Source: the human T2T-CHM13v2.0 reference genome, Homo sapiens. Taken from it: a DNA stretch of 64,000 nt. The stretch lies in NCBI RefSeq assembly GCF_009914755.1, contig NC_060927.1; one strand, written 5' to 3'. The notes under the pieces are model-generated. The model had not been told where the DNA came from. It did no database searches and saw only the letters and a list, made by a program, of their open reading frames with translations. The translations under genes and the position numbers were made by a program. Of the stretch, positions 34,421-56,980 are shown piece after piece. Within the stretch, counting starts at the first letter, position 1; each line of letters begins with the position of its first letter.

Positions 34421-34527
34421 CTTAGCCACAGATACAGTTGAATAGTAAAACCAAGGTATGCATTCAAAGTCCAGTGAGGTAGGACCAGTTCTATCAGGTA
34501 TCTGCCAAGTATATATTTGAATCTCTC
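34421..34527 (-). pseudogene. CPHL1P: Exon 15 homologue (107 bp)
   Basis: GEIQIYTWQIPDRTGPTSLDFECIPWFYYSTVSVAK; cag|...AAG|gtaaat. Confidence 0.95.
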
Positions 34528-36125
34528 CTGAAATAGACAAATGAAGTGTATTTAAATAGAGCTTTTAAAATCAGACTTCTTTACGGAGAACCAGACAATG
34601 AGCAAACACTAAAGCTATAAAAATAGTAGGCAGCATAGTCCTAGCTTTCACTTCTGGTTTCACTTCTTGCTTTGTGATCTTAGTCAATGTGGCAATTACT
34701 CAATGTGACAAAGCCTTGAATCCCTGCTCTGAACATTCCAATGTGTGGATCACATGTACCTCCTCCCTGCCCTCAAGGCTGTGCATATTAGTCCTATTGG
34801 ATCTTAATTCTATATTCTATATTGCAGTGAAGTTCTTTTGCTCCCTCCCCACCGTAATTCTGTATCTCCCACTTCCACAGATCCATGGGAGTTATAGTCC
34901 TATGACATTAACCAACCCCACCTCCAGCTCCCAAATCTGTAACAATCTACTTAGCACTAACCCTTGCCTTCCAGTACATCACACAATGCCTGGCATACAG
35001 CAGGTAGAGTACTCAGAAGTGTTTGTGGAATGCATGTAGTAGATCCTTTCTTAACTAATCAGAGCAGTGGACTGACTTGCAAACTCCCTTGATATGAGAC
35101 TTAACAGACCACAGGACTGCTTTTAAAAACAAAAAGAAACATTTCGCCCACCATCAAAGTCTATTGTCAGTCCCTCTGCTTTACAAATCTTTTCTTTCTG
35201 AATTTGGCTTTCATTGATACTCTTAATTTCCAAAACTACTTGTTTTGGTGAGCAACTATAGTGGACATTCTGATGCCACCCCTAGATTCCCAATCAAGAA
35301 TGAAGAACATTTCACTCCAGCAGGCGTCAGCCTCCTTTAGAGAGAGCCTTGGCTGAAGAAAGCTACCTTGCTCAAGATTGCATCTAATGACTGCTTCAGG
35401 GACATAACAGCCCAGCTCTCTCACTCCAGCTTAGGAAAGCTGAAGGTCACCCTATCTTCAGAACTGTGTTGGCTGTGACTTCTGTTGAGGCTGCATCTCT
35501 GCTTAACCTCACTCCCTGTCCAATCCTACTCATTTCTCATTCTTTCCATATTAGTTGATTCCAAGAGCACTATCTACACACAAATCCTCATATCACAGTC
35601 TGCTTACTGGGCATTTTTAAGTAAAATATATTAATGTTCTTCTGAGTTAATTATGTTGAATGGCATGCTGTATAGCAGTGATTCCATTCCACGGAAATGT
35701 TAATACATGGGGTCCATCATTTCCTCTTATTGGCTCAATCCTCCCCCACTTTCTCACATATTGCATCTTGTACTCAACTCCTACTTTAGCACTTTAGTTG
35801 GAGAGATTGTATATAGTATAAGAATACCTGGCAGCTGGACAGGTACAGCGGTGGGAGGGAGGGTGGACCTAGAGGAGAAATTCATACACTGGGGAGGTAG
35901 GCCCTGAAGACCAAACCTTCACTTCACAGTTTTGCTCATGGTGCCCCAGCCTGGAAGTAAACTTGACTTGCAGAAGGAACTCCCCCGCCAAATGCTTTCT
36001 TCAGGCTCATCTTACTAGTCCACTCGTCTCTCTCATCTGGAACTGCACCCATATATTTAAAAGAACATTAGCCTCGTAGTCCTGCATAAAAGCTTTGGGG
36101 ATTATTTTTCTCCCAAAGTAGTTAC

Positions 36126-36254
36126 CTGGCTGAGTTGGAACAACAGTGGAATTATTTGTTTTCACTCCATGAGCATGAATAGAATACGGTCTTGCGGCTT
36201 TATTTTTAAAGATAATTTGAATTATTTGACCAGGGTTGAGCAATATTAATGGAC
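36126..36254 (-). pseudogene. CPHL1P: Exon 14 homologue (129 bp)
   Basis: [43 protein letters not shown]; tag|...G|gtaac. Confidence 0.95.
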
Positions 36255-37779
36255 CTAGGGAATATAAAAAGAAATATGTCTGAGTAATTGTTATTTATTT
36301 TAAATTATGAGTCATCTCTCTTCTTATTTACACAGTGACTTATTCTTATCCTTTTACTTAACATGCAGCCAAATGAAATAAAAACATTTAACAAGTAGAT
36401 CATTGCTGATTTATGAAACATGATTTTTGCCTGAAATTTTTAAATCATTTAGAATTTTATGAGTTTTTTTTTTTTTTTTTTTGCCAGAAAACTTATTTTA
36501 ATGAACAACGGTTTATGCCTAGGAAAACATACAATTTAAAAATGAAACCCTTTCTTTTCTTTCTTGACCAATCTCAACTTTCAAGCCTTTTATTCCCTTG
36601 CTCCTTATTCTACTGGAGGATTGCAAGGAGCTGCAAGGCCTGTTTATTGACCCAAAGTGATTTTCTCTCTTACAGACTAAAAACCTTCATTTTACTCTCT
36701 CTCCCTTTCATCCTAAGCCAGAAACTACAGGTATAAAATTCATTTTAAATCTTCTTTCTATTTGGAAGCAGGTTGAATTAGTGGCTCTGAAAAATTCTGA
36801 AACACAGGTGGTTTTGAGATGAGATAAGCAGCAAGAACTTTCTGCAAACTTGTGCTACAATTACTAAAATTAGAGCCCTGAAGATGCCTGCTGGAGGCTA
36901 AATGCTAGCTAAAGACAGGGCCTCTTTGCTCCCTGTGACCATTTCACCTCCCCAAACAATATGCATGGTTTTTCTTTTTAATAAAGTGTTTTCCTTTTTG
37001 CGTAAATAATAATAGAACCTTGAGGGTCAGATTGCGTTATTTATCTTCATGCATTCAGCCACAATCCTAGAGAAAACAAACATCCTGTGGTTACTAAAGA
37101 TAGGGGCCCACTCAAAAGCAGCAGCAACAGGATAGCACAGGCTTCCCTCCAGGGCTCACAAAGAGACAAGCTCTAGAGGCTGACGGAGAGCAAAAAAGAG
37201 CAAAAATTCCTCTTCATCAGCATGTAAATCCATCTCCTCAGGATCCCACATCATAAAATAACCTCTAATATACACATAGATATTAAGACTGAAACAGGAG
37301 TTGGGCGTGTGGAAATGTCGCATGTGGGCACCTGGGATGACTCAGAGGTTTCCTACTTGATCTATCAAGGGTGGAAGAAAGAGTTGTACTTTTCCTCACT
37401 CAGACAGAAGACACTTAAATTTACATAAAGAAGTTCCTTTCCTCACTATACTAGGGTCCCCTGGGCTTTGTTTTAATTGTATTGAAATGATCCCTGCACG
37501 CTACTTCTAAACTCCTTTCTAGAATTTTTTAATTCTGAGAGCAAGAATCCAGGTAATCTGAAACTGAGCACATTACTTTTCTACATTCTCCTTATTTTTT
37601 AGGAAACAACACTTGAATCATTTTTTCCCCCAATGAAAATGCCTATCAGCAAACAAACCAGAATTACAGGTACTTTCCTCTGTTGAAGTAGAGGTTGACA
37701 ATGGCCTCCATGTGTACAACAATCTCTAATGGCTGAGGACAAGAAAAACTCGAAAACCAATCTTATGGCATACCAATAC

Positions 37780-37919
37780 CTAGTATATCGAGATGTTTTT
37801 CACCTTCATTCCTTTTTGTTTGATTTGTGAACGTGTTATCATCATATTGACGATATAAGACTTTCTTGTATTTGGACCCAAGAAGTGTTCCACTTCTGTC
37901 CACATACATGCTCGTTTGG
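37780..37919 (-). pseudogene. CPHL1P: Exon 13 homologue (140 bp)
   Basis: NQTSMYVDRSGTLLGSKYKKVLYRQYDDNTFTNQTKRNEGEKHLDILG; aag|...G|gtattg. Confidence 0.93.
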
Positions 37920-38716
37920 CTTTAAGAAAATAAAAACAAAAACAAAAAAACCCCACAAAGTTAGTTAATTTAACCATTAATTTAGACAAAGAACTCATAT
38001 GGAAGAACTTCTTATATCTAGAAGCTGTTTTACCTAAAAATGTAAGTCATCTTTTTAAAAATATATATTAATTCTAGCAAGATAGGTAGATATTCATTCT
38101 ACATTTCAAAGCTTATTTTCAGGATAAAATTTAGTTTTTATAAATAAATATACAGTAAGAGAGAAAACCAGAGAGAGAAATCAAATTGTACAAAAAGAGA
38201 AAAACAGGTGTCTTTAATTTGAAGTTCTCAGAAGAATAGAGGTAGAAGAAAATGAAGACAAAAGAAACACCTGACTGTAGATACTGAATGTAGCTGAAGT
38301 TATGTCACTATTCCTGTGGTGAGATCAGACAGTAACATATGTCCAGGAAGGATGCAAGAAGTGAAAACTCAGGCAGGAAGAAATAAAGCCCATAAGTAAG
38401 TTATATAGATATTTAGAAAGATTTGAAGCCCTTTGCAATTGAATATGTCACACACACACACACACACAAATTTTGAAGTGATTTATAATGGAGAATATCC
38501 TAAACACACAAATACCACATCCACATATCCATTATGCACACGTACACCATAACAAACACAAATAAATATACCACACCCACCCACCATACCAAACACAAAT
38601 AAATACAACACACACACAGACACAGACACACACAGAGAGACTGAAAGGAAAGAGAGGAAGACTCAGAAAGAACCCTTAGAACCCTTCCCATTTAGAGACT
38701 GGAGCTATCATGGTAC

Positions 38717-38927
38717 TTCTCTCTTCGTAAGTGGTGGAGTTCATTCTCCCACTTTCTACTAGGAGAATAATCCCATTCCATTTCCTCGGCTGCAATGGTA
38801 ATAATTATTTTCTCCTCCTGGTATTGTGTTTGATCAGGGTTTGGCTTCCCACATTGCCTCACGTGATATTTATGTTTCATGCCTCCTAGATTGTGCTTTA
38901 TTGTCATGCAAACCAAATCAAAAGTTC
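38717..38927 (-). pseudogene. CPHL1P: Exon 12 homologue (211 bp), domain 4 type 1 Cu loop
   Basis: GTFDLVCMTIKHNLGGMKHKYHVRQCGKPNPDQTQYQEEKIIITIAAEEMEWDYSPSRKWENELHHLRRE; C-x4-H-x4-M intact. Confidence 0.93.
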
Positions 38928-39029
38928 CTACAGACGAATAAGAAAGGAATGGTTAAAGCCTTGCCTTCAGATTTCTTTCCTCTGTAAAATTATTAATAAG
39001 CTGCAACCCTCAAAAGAAATATAGTAAAA

Positions 39030-39780
39030 TCATTTGTTCATTCTTTCATTAATTCAACAAATATTTATTGATGACCTTCTTTGTGTCAGACGTATTTCTA
39101 GGCATTCGGGAAACATCAGAGAACAAAATAGTTAAAAATTCTTGCTCTCAGAGTTCATATTGCAAGGTGTTGTGGAGACAAACAATAAACATGTTAAGCA
39201 ACTTGTATGTATGCTGGAAGGTGATAAGAGCTATGATTAAAGAAAAAAAGTAAAACAGTGTAAGGAGGACTGAGGATTCTGGGTGTGTGTTGGGAAGGGC
39301 TCAAGAGAGCAGTGAGCAATATCATAGGGTAAGCAGGGTAGGCCTTGATGAGAGGGTGATACCTGGGCAAAAATTTATAAGAGATGATATGGGTCTGGAG
39401 GAAAAGTGTGTTCTCTCTAGGCAGAATAAACAGGTGGCAAAGGCCCCAGGCCAGGAGCCTGTTTGGTGTGTGTGAAGAGCACCCAAGAGGCCTGTGTGTC
39501 TGGAGGGAGGGAGCAAGGGTGAAAGTACTAGGGAGCAGAGGGCTAGGTGATGGAGCCCTTGTGGGCCACTGAATACATGATAGCATTCACTAAGTGAAAT
39601 GGAGAGCCACTGTGGGATTTTAAGTCAATGAAGGGTATAAGGACACTCTAGCAGCTGTGCTGAGAATAGGCTGGCGTGTACAATGGTGAAAGAAACGGGA
39701 TCTGTTGAGAGGCTATTAAAAATAATCGATGAGAGATGATGGCTTTGATCAGAGTGGTAGGTAGCAGAGGAGGGAGTGAA
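39030..39780. mobile_element. L2 fragment
   Basis: 'ttcattaattcaacaaatatttattga..acct' and 'tggagagccactgtgggattttaag' are L2 hallmarks. Confidence 0.75.
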
Positions 39781-40189
39781 AAAAAGTTCAATACATTAAA
39801 AATACATTAAAAATCCAAAACAATGACAAAAACAAAAACAAACCACCATAACAAAAAAACTCTAGCCTGATTCTGACCAGAACATTCCACCTGAATTCCA
39901 GTTTTCTCTCTTTTACCTTGGTAATTTTAGGCCCACCACGTGCTGACACTGCTTCTTGACGAAAGCTCTCTTTCAACTCTACGTATTTCTGTTGTTGCTG
40001 TGACTTTTGTGGAGGGTAAGGTTTAGGAAGATGTACAAGGAAGCAAAACCTTCAGACTCAGAGGGTTTGAGAAAAAGAATTTGTTGAAAATGACATAATC
40101 CCTGTATAAGCTCTAGCACCGTGTTTAACACATAGTGTACCTGTCTCCACTTGTTTGCTACAGTTGATATGCTTTGGAAAAGAGAATGA

Positions 40190-40660
<471 letters not shown>

Positions 40661-41603
40661 AAAGATCGCTTTCTTTTCCCCTCCAATTACTCTGAATCAC
40701 AACTTTTGTTTGTTTGAAAAGTAAAATTTTAAATTTTGAAATGAAGAAAATGTAGTCAAATGAATATTTGGCATCACAAAGAGTCAAGATACCAATTCAT
40801 AGTATTTACAGAGTAGTTTGTTTATCATATAGCCAGATTTTGGTTGATATCAGTCATTTTTGACCAAGATAGATGTATTTTGGGGCGGGGGGGCAGGTAT
40901 ATGGGACAAGGGTGGATCTACTGGATTAAAGAAGGAACTAGCATTTATTGAAAGTCTAACATATGCCAGGCAGTTTACTATACTTTACCTATCTCATTGA
41001 TCACTGTCTATTCCTTTTTGCAAATTACAAGTTTTTACAATTCCTATTTTACAAATGAGGAAACGAGGTTCAGAAGGAAGGCTGGTTTCCTTTGATCCCC
41101 ACACAGTTCTTTGATATGGGGTGCCTTCTTTAAAAAAAAAAAATGTTGCCAGCAAGGATCAACCTCACTGAAGCTAAAACATTTATCCAGAGAGCAAAGC
41201 TAGTAAGGAGGATAGAAAGAGGAAGTCACAAGGCAGTAGGGTAAGGTCGAAGCAGCAGGAAGGCCTGGGAAACAAATGGACAGAAGAGTAAGAAATGCAG
41301 AAGACAACAGAATGAAAATGAGTTTAAAGGGTTTAAAACATCTTCATCATTTTTGAAGAGCATTGGGATGGTTTAAAGCCTGAAAGACTAGGAAGAGGAC
41401 CTGAAAAAACTGAGGTGATTTATGTGTATAGGAAAATGAAATACTAAGGCTCTTATAAATGAAGTGGAGCAGGGCAAAGATTTCTCAAGCATTGTTTGTA
41501 TCAGTTCAATTTTTTTTTCCTGTACAGAATATTCAGTGCGTATAAAGATAGTGCTTCTGCATACTTTAATGTTTCAGGCTGAATGAGAAGACCCACTGCT
41601 CAC

Positions 41604-41816
41604 CTATAGAATCAGGTGTCATCAAAAGCGTCTGAGAAGTATAAGGAAACATAGGTATTGTGTCCCTTCTTGCTCCTAAAGAAGTGAAGGTATTTCCTGA
41701 AAAATATATCCCGTGTAAATCTTCCACTGATCCTACACTAAAAACGTGCCACAAAACGTTGTCTCCTAAGCACGTGTCCAATCCAGGCAGATTTCCATAC
41801 ATGTATCCATTTATGG
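41604..41816 (-). pseudogene. CPHL1P: Exon 11 homologue (213 bp)
   Basis: SINGYMYGNLPGLDTCLGDNVLWHVFSVGSVEDLHGIYFSGNTFTSLGARRDTIPMFPYTSQTLLMTPDSI; cag|...G|gtgagc. Confidence 0.95.
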
Positions 41817-42369
41817 CTGCAAGGTATTTGTAACAAAGGAAAGAGTATTTAATTCACTGGTACTTGATATCTTTTGAAACCCAACAAAGCATTAATCATG
41901 AAGCAGCTCATTCACGTAAAAAAAAGCAATTTTTTCAACTTTCCTTTCCTCTATTGTTATTTAATCACTTCATGGGGGCTAAAAATGACATTATAGAATT
42001 AGAGAATGACAGAATTCCATGATACCCTCATTGGGTTATTCCAGTCAAGCTCTTCCTTTTAGAGTTGAGGAAACTAAGGCCAGAGAAATAGTTTCTTGTC
42101 CAATGTCATACGGCTAACAAATGACAATGTTAAGACCAAAGTCCAAGTCTCCAGATTCTGGATCAACCCTTTTCCCAATGCACTGTACAGTCTTCAAAAA
42201 CCAACAACCAACCAACCAGCCACCCACCAACCCACCCAACCAGCTCAACAAACACCCTACTCCACCCACTCTACGAATTTGGCAGTAGAGAAGTACGTGA
42301 CTTTTCACATTTAGCTATAGATAAAATATATTGCACCAAGAAGGTGTTGGTAAATATTTGGTAAGTTAA

Positions 42370-42746
<377 letters not shown>

Positions 42747-42875
42747 TAAAGGAAACATAAACGTATTAGCCAACCGTTGTGGGGAAAACCTAAGTCTCTT
42801 TTAATCCATAATTCTTTAGGCAAAATAAAATTAAGTGTTTAATGCATTTATCTTATAAGTTAAATTGTTTCTTAC

Positions 42876-43026
42876 AGTACATCTTATTTGAGGCTTGGCA
42901 GTCTGTATCCTCTTTATCTATGTTTTCAGGCTCTGTGATAAATGTTCTGATATTTTCATCCAAGAGATTACTTTCATTTTCATCAAATATTGTGGCAAGT
43001 AGGTAAAACTCTTTGTCTACTCCTTT
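42876..43026 (-). pseudogene. CPHL1P: Exon 10 homologue (151 bp)
   Basis: [50 protein letters not shown]; cag|...T|gtaaga. Confidence 0.95.
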
Positions 43027-44687
43027 CTGTGGATGAGAACAGAAAAAGGAATAGACATGAAGTATAGACGGTCCATATTCAAATCTAGCCAAATGGTTGA
43101 TCTGCATACAGTGTTTTCCACATAAGGAGATTGTGTACTTGTGAAAAATTTGATCAATTGACTTCCTGATTTTGGATAGTCCGTAGAAAGGCACAAGTCC
43201 CAGTGAATGAATTATCACAGACCTAAGAAGTTGGGAGAAATCTCTATGGCTTTTTTCATATAAAGTGTTTCCTCCAGGGATTCCTATATCTAAACTTCAT
43301 AAACTAAACCATAAGATGTTTATAGTGGCTTTTAACATAATGTACTCTATGGAAAGTAAGTTAAATAAATAGTTTTCAATTCTAGAAAGTCTGAATTTTT
43401 AGGGCTTTTGAGCAAATTTAATATAAACACATCACTAGATTAAATGTAAAAATTATATGTATTATAAGAATTATGACACTATAAATATAACTCATTATAT
43501 AGATAAATATAAATATATATTTATAATTTTGAATAAGATATACATTGTTATACATGTATGGATTTATAAAGCTTTGTTACCTATACTTTTTTATATAAAT
43601 GTCGAAAAGAACTAGATATTCACTTCTGAGTGAGAAAAAAGAGAAACTCATTTAACTAACATTTATTGAGCACCTATTATATGCCCAAGAGGAGCTGTGG
43701 TTATTATAAAAAATTAATAAAATCTTGTGTACACTTTCTAGAAACTTTCTAGAAAATCTTGTGTATACTTCCACTAGAAGCAGTCTAGTGGAAGAAGCAG
43801 GCCAATGAAAACAATTGCATGGATAAATATTCTAACAGAAACATACCTAAGGGACTACGGTAACCTGCAGGAGCTTCAACTAACTTTAGTTAGTGAACAT
43901 TGTCCAAAGGAAGGTGCTCTCAGTCTGAGTTTCAAAAATGTCTCCCACTTTTGGCAGATCAAACACTGAGGAAAGGCCATTCCAGATGGAGAGAAGAGGG
44001 GAAAATCAGAGATGTCAAATAGCTTTCCTTACTCAGGGCCTAATGAGCTAATTCCACCATAATGCAGAATTCTACTTTGCCATTTAGAAGAAGCTAATTC
44101 TGCAGTGTAGAGGTGGGAGGGGACATAAATCTGAAGGAACTGTCAAGATCTGATGTGTTGGCTTCTGAGCCAACAAATTGCGGGGAGATCTTTATTGCAG
44201 GTAGTGCTATAACCAGATTCTTTAGGGAGGGATGTGGACTAGCTGTATTAAAGCAAGATAAGAGTGGAGACAGAAGCTAAGAATGAAAGGAATTCAGAAA
44301 GAGATGATAGTGCCTAAAATAATGCAGAGGTATTGGAGACTTAAGTGATAAATGTGTAGGTGAGACAGAAGGAGTTGTTGATGAAAGTCCAAGGTTTGGT
44401 GATATTATTAACTAAGGGATAGAACGGAGGAAGAAGAGGCTGATTGAGGAAAGGGAGGGATGGTAAAGGTCTGTCCAAAAGGATGAGATGTCTGTGGGAC
44501 ATGCCAGGGTGCATGTTTAATGGGCTGATACAGGTGTTTAGTTGAGGTAAGAATAGAATTGGGAGACTTCAGTACACAGAAGTTGAAGCTGCTGATTCCT
44601 CTGGCCCTGAGACATTGTCATTCCTCTGCAGTTCTGTCTCAAGCACCTCTCACCAAGGGTTACCTGGTGATACGCTTCAGGACTCAC

Positions 44688-44899
44688 CTGTTTGCCATCG
44701 TCTCCAAGACTTCCATTTCTACATATAAGGAGAGGCCCCAGAAGGCCACTGTTGATGTCTTTTTTCCCATTTACTGAAGAGTAATAGAACCAGGTCAAGC
44801 AGTTGGGATCTGTGGAGGTGGGACCCACATCTTTTGGAACTTCCCATGTATAGACAAATGTTGTGCCAGGACTTACATGTGAAGAGGGTGGAGGGGTAC
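44688..44899 (-). pseudogene. CPHL1P: Exon 9 homologue (212 bp)
   Basis: STPPPSSHVSPGTTFVYTWEVPKDVGPTSTDPNCLTWFYYSSVNGKKDINSGLLGPLLICRNGSLGDDGKQ; tag|...CAG|gtgagt. Confidence 0.95.
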
Positions 44900-45154
44900 C
44901 TAGCAAGAAATAAACATTTATAGAATAGAACCTAAGACCGTAAGTACACTAGTCTAGACTGGGAGATCTCTCAGATCAAGAACAGATCTTTCTCTTTGGG
45001 TGACAGTTGAATAGGAACTAAAGTAATAACTCTGCCACAATAAGTATACAGAGCTGTTACACTGTGACAGGTAGGCTGCACAAAAGGAGTTATATTTCTT
45101 GCTGGCATTATATGGAGGTATGGCTCACTTGGACCTCCCTTGAGCTCTACTTAC

Positions 45155-45295
45155 TTCCTCCAGGTGTTTCGTAGAATAAGCCCTCTTAGCTCTTGTTGTA
45201 ATGCAGTCCAGGAGGCTGAATGCTGAGTGGCAGGGAAGCATTGTTATAGAAAGTGATTTTGATGGTCTGTCCCACCTCTGCCTTAATAACGGGGC
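45155..45295 (-). pseudogene. CPHL1P: Exon 8 homologue (141 bp) with in-frame TAA
   Basis: GPVIKAEVGQTIKITFYNNASLPLSIQPPGLHYNKS*EGLFYETPGG; stop at 45186-45188; tag|...A|gtaagt. Confidence 0.93.
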
Positions 45296-45550
45296 CTAGA
45301 AACCAACAGAGTTAGTAGTTATCCTTGGTTTTCATAAAGGTAATTGTCAGGTTGTGTTACTTGAGTAAAGTTCTTTTAGGAAGAAATTAAAGGGATGATG
45401 CCATGAACCCAGAAAGGGGTGCAACTGCAAGAAGTCTAGATGATTCGAGGTCTTATAAAGTCACTTTGGATCAAAGATATTAGATATTAGATGAAGATTA
45501 GTCTCTTTGGATTTATAGGAATAAAGAATGTAGTTAAAAATCACTGGGTG

Positions 45551-46069
<519 letters not shown>

Positions 46070-46215
46070 AAAGTCATTGGGTGAATTGATGTATTATTTT
46101 CATAAGGCTATAATACTACAGCTAAAATCTCTAACTGAGTTGATGAATACTGTTTTTATTGCAGAATATTTATAAATAATGTTTATAACCCTACAAGCTC
46201 TGAATAGAATTTTAC

Positions 46216-46347
46216 CAAGGATTCCAAGGTGTTCTTCTCTTGCCTTCTGTGTTTGGAAGGAAGCATCTGTGTATTCACGGTAAATCAGTTTTTTGTTAAG
46301 TTCCTCCAATTCTGGTTGGACTTCGTTCAAAAAATAACTGGGATTTA
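46216..46347 (-). pseudogene. CPHL1P: Exon 7 homologue (132 bp) with a 1-bp insertion causing a stop and frameshift
   Basis: SKSQLFFERSPTRIGGT then TAAC instead of TAC, then KKLIYREYTDASFQTQKAREEHLGILG in the shifted frame; TAA at 46296-46298. Confidence 0.93.
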
Positions 46348-47059
46348 CTATGCAGAGAAGGTAGATACACAAAGAACTTTTATATTCACAGTTATCACGT
46401 GAAAAGAAAGAATCCAAACACATCTGTTTAAAATATTTGTAATTTATTTCTGATTATAAATCTAAAATTTTGAAAAGAAAGAAAAATACAACAAAGAAAA
46501 TGGAAATCTCCATAATCCCACCATCTATATATTACCATAGTCAGTATTTTCTGTAAATATCCTTTCAGTCTTTTATCTATGCACATATATATAATTATCT
46601 ATATGTATCTACCTAGTTGTCTGCTAACTTACTTTTGGAATAAAAATTAAAAGATATTATACCTGACTTTTTCAGGTGGGTAATAACAAATATTACTATT
46701 AAAACAACTATTTGCAGAGATGCTATAATATTAAAAAGATAGATGTTATTATTTTTTTAAATTGTTATAATAAAAAGGAGCCTCTGAGAAGAAGTTTCCT
46801 AACAATGAGAAGAATATTTCCTAACAATAAAGTGGTGACTTGCTATGCCAAAACATCATAGAATTTTACAGCCAGGGGGATCAAGCAAAATGAATCTATT
46901 AATTCATACTTATTTTAGTCGATATAAAATGAGAGTAAGCCCTAAATCTAAATCTAGTTTTTTGCTCTAAGCCCAGTTATCTTTCTGACATTTAATACAA
47001 AATTTCCATTACACAGATTGAGTAATTTACTGATGAGCTTAAAATGTAAGAAAAGGAGT

Positions 47060-54875
<7,816 letters not shown>

Positions 54876-55624
54876 GACGGGAAAATGTCACTTGACATAA
54901 TATTCTTTGCTTTCTCAAATTCCTGTGAGTGCATTAGAGAAAAATAAGTATCATAAAGAACGTTATTTTCTGGTGGTTTTAGGACTTTGTCTGTTCTAAC
55001 ATGTGTCTTCACTCAGTAGGCCAGAAGAATTAAATCTCCTGTTGTCCTCAATATGGTAAATATACTTGGCAGTTGGACTATCAGAAAAACTTTTTGCCCA
55101 CTTTTAAATGCTAATGAATGCCAGAGTAATGCATTTTAGTGTTAGTTTTTGGTTATTAAGACAACAATTGGTAATATAGTCTTAGGTGTTACTGAGTACA
55201 TAATATTTATAGAATATAGTTTAAGGATATCACATTCAATGATTTAACTGTGCCTTCAGATCTTAGCAGGAGTGTATAAGTTGCACACAAAGAATGTTTT
55301 AAAATTTTAATAAAATGTTATTGATGACATTGTCTGCTATATTGTTAAATGTTTCATAAGTATAGAGTAAATCCATTTTAAAGTTTTGTGCTAGGAAAAA
55401 GATGAATAATATATTTTCCTTTACATTGTCGGCCAGCGCATTTAGAGAAGAATTTTGTCTAGCAATGCTCCTTGGCTTCAAAATTTTCCAATTACTTTCT
55501 TATATTTATTTTATCAGTATATTTTAATTAGATGCCTAAATCTTTTTCAGAAGTAACTAGATTATGAAATTTTTCAATTATCTTAATTATTTAACTATAA
55601 ATATTTTAACCAGTGACTCATTAC

Positions 55625-55796
55625 CTTCCAGCTGCTGTTAAATTTTTTTTAGTGAAGAAATCTATACCAGATGGAGCATAGTTCCAAAGAATTTCTTTAG
55701 CAGCAATATAGTAATGTATAACATGTGTCCCAGTAACAAAGGCTTCTGTTGAAGGTTTCTGGCAATTACTTACTTTGAAAAATGCCTGCATACTCT
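55625..55796 (-). pseudogene. CPHL1P: Exon 6 homologue (172 bp)
   Basis: [58 protein letters not shown]; cag|...AG|gtaatg. Confidence 0.95.
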
Positions 55797-56286
55797 CTGA
55801 AAAACAGATAGAGAATGTTATTAAAACATTAAGACAATTTTCTTGGTCAATACATATTTTCAATTTTAGCCAACAATATTGAGACTTTCTATTTCTTTGA
55901 GAAATGTGATGTATGAAATCAATGGAAAAATTTAAGATGTATGAAATAAGTACAAAAGTCAGGATGCAAAAATGAATATTAAAGGCATATATATTATTAG
56001 AGAATAATAACCAGCTTTGGACCAACTCTGAAGTGAAGATGGTACCTACATACTGAGAAGAATTTGAGAGTCCAAGAACATCTTCCCTCATGAATATGAA
56101 ATTACTACTACTAGTCATTAATGAGTTAGTTGGTTTATTCAATTAACTAGTTGGCTGGAAGAAAGAAACTCAAGGCATGAGAAGATCAGTCCTGTGTTTT
56201 AATTTCAGAGCACCGTTGGTGGGAATGTAAATTAATATAGACTTTATGGAAGACAATTTGGCAAAATTTGTTAAAATTAAAAGCCC

Positions 56287-56980
<694 letters not shown>

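Noticed and set aside
43720-43780. Local duplication aaaatcttgtgta.actt...ctagaa
   Set aside because: Ordinary slippage inside an L2 fossil
55299-55481. 60-aa ORF with a repeated ADNV motif next to exon 6
   Set aside because: AT-rich intron, no convincing splice sites, no oxidase homology
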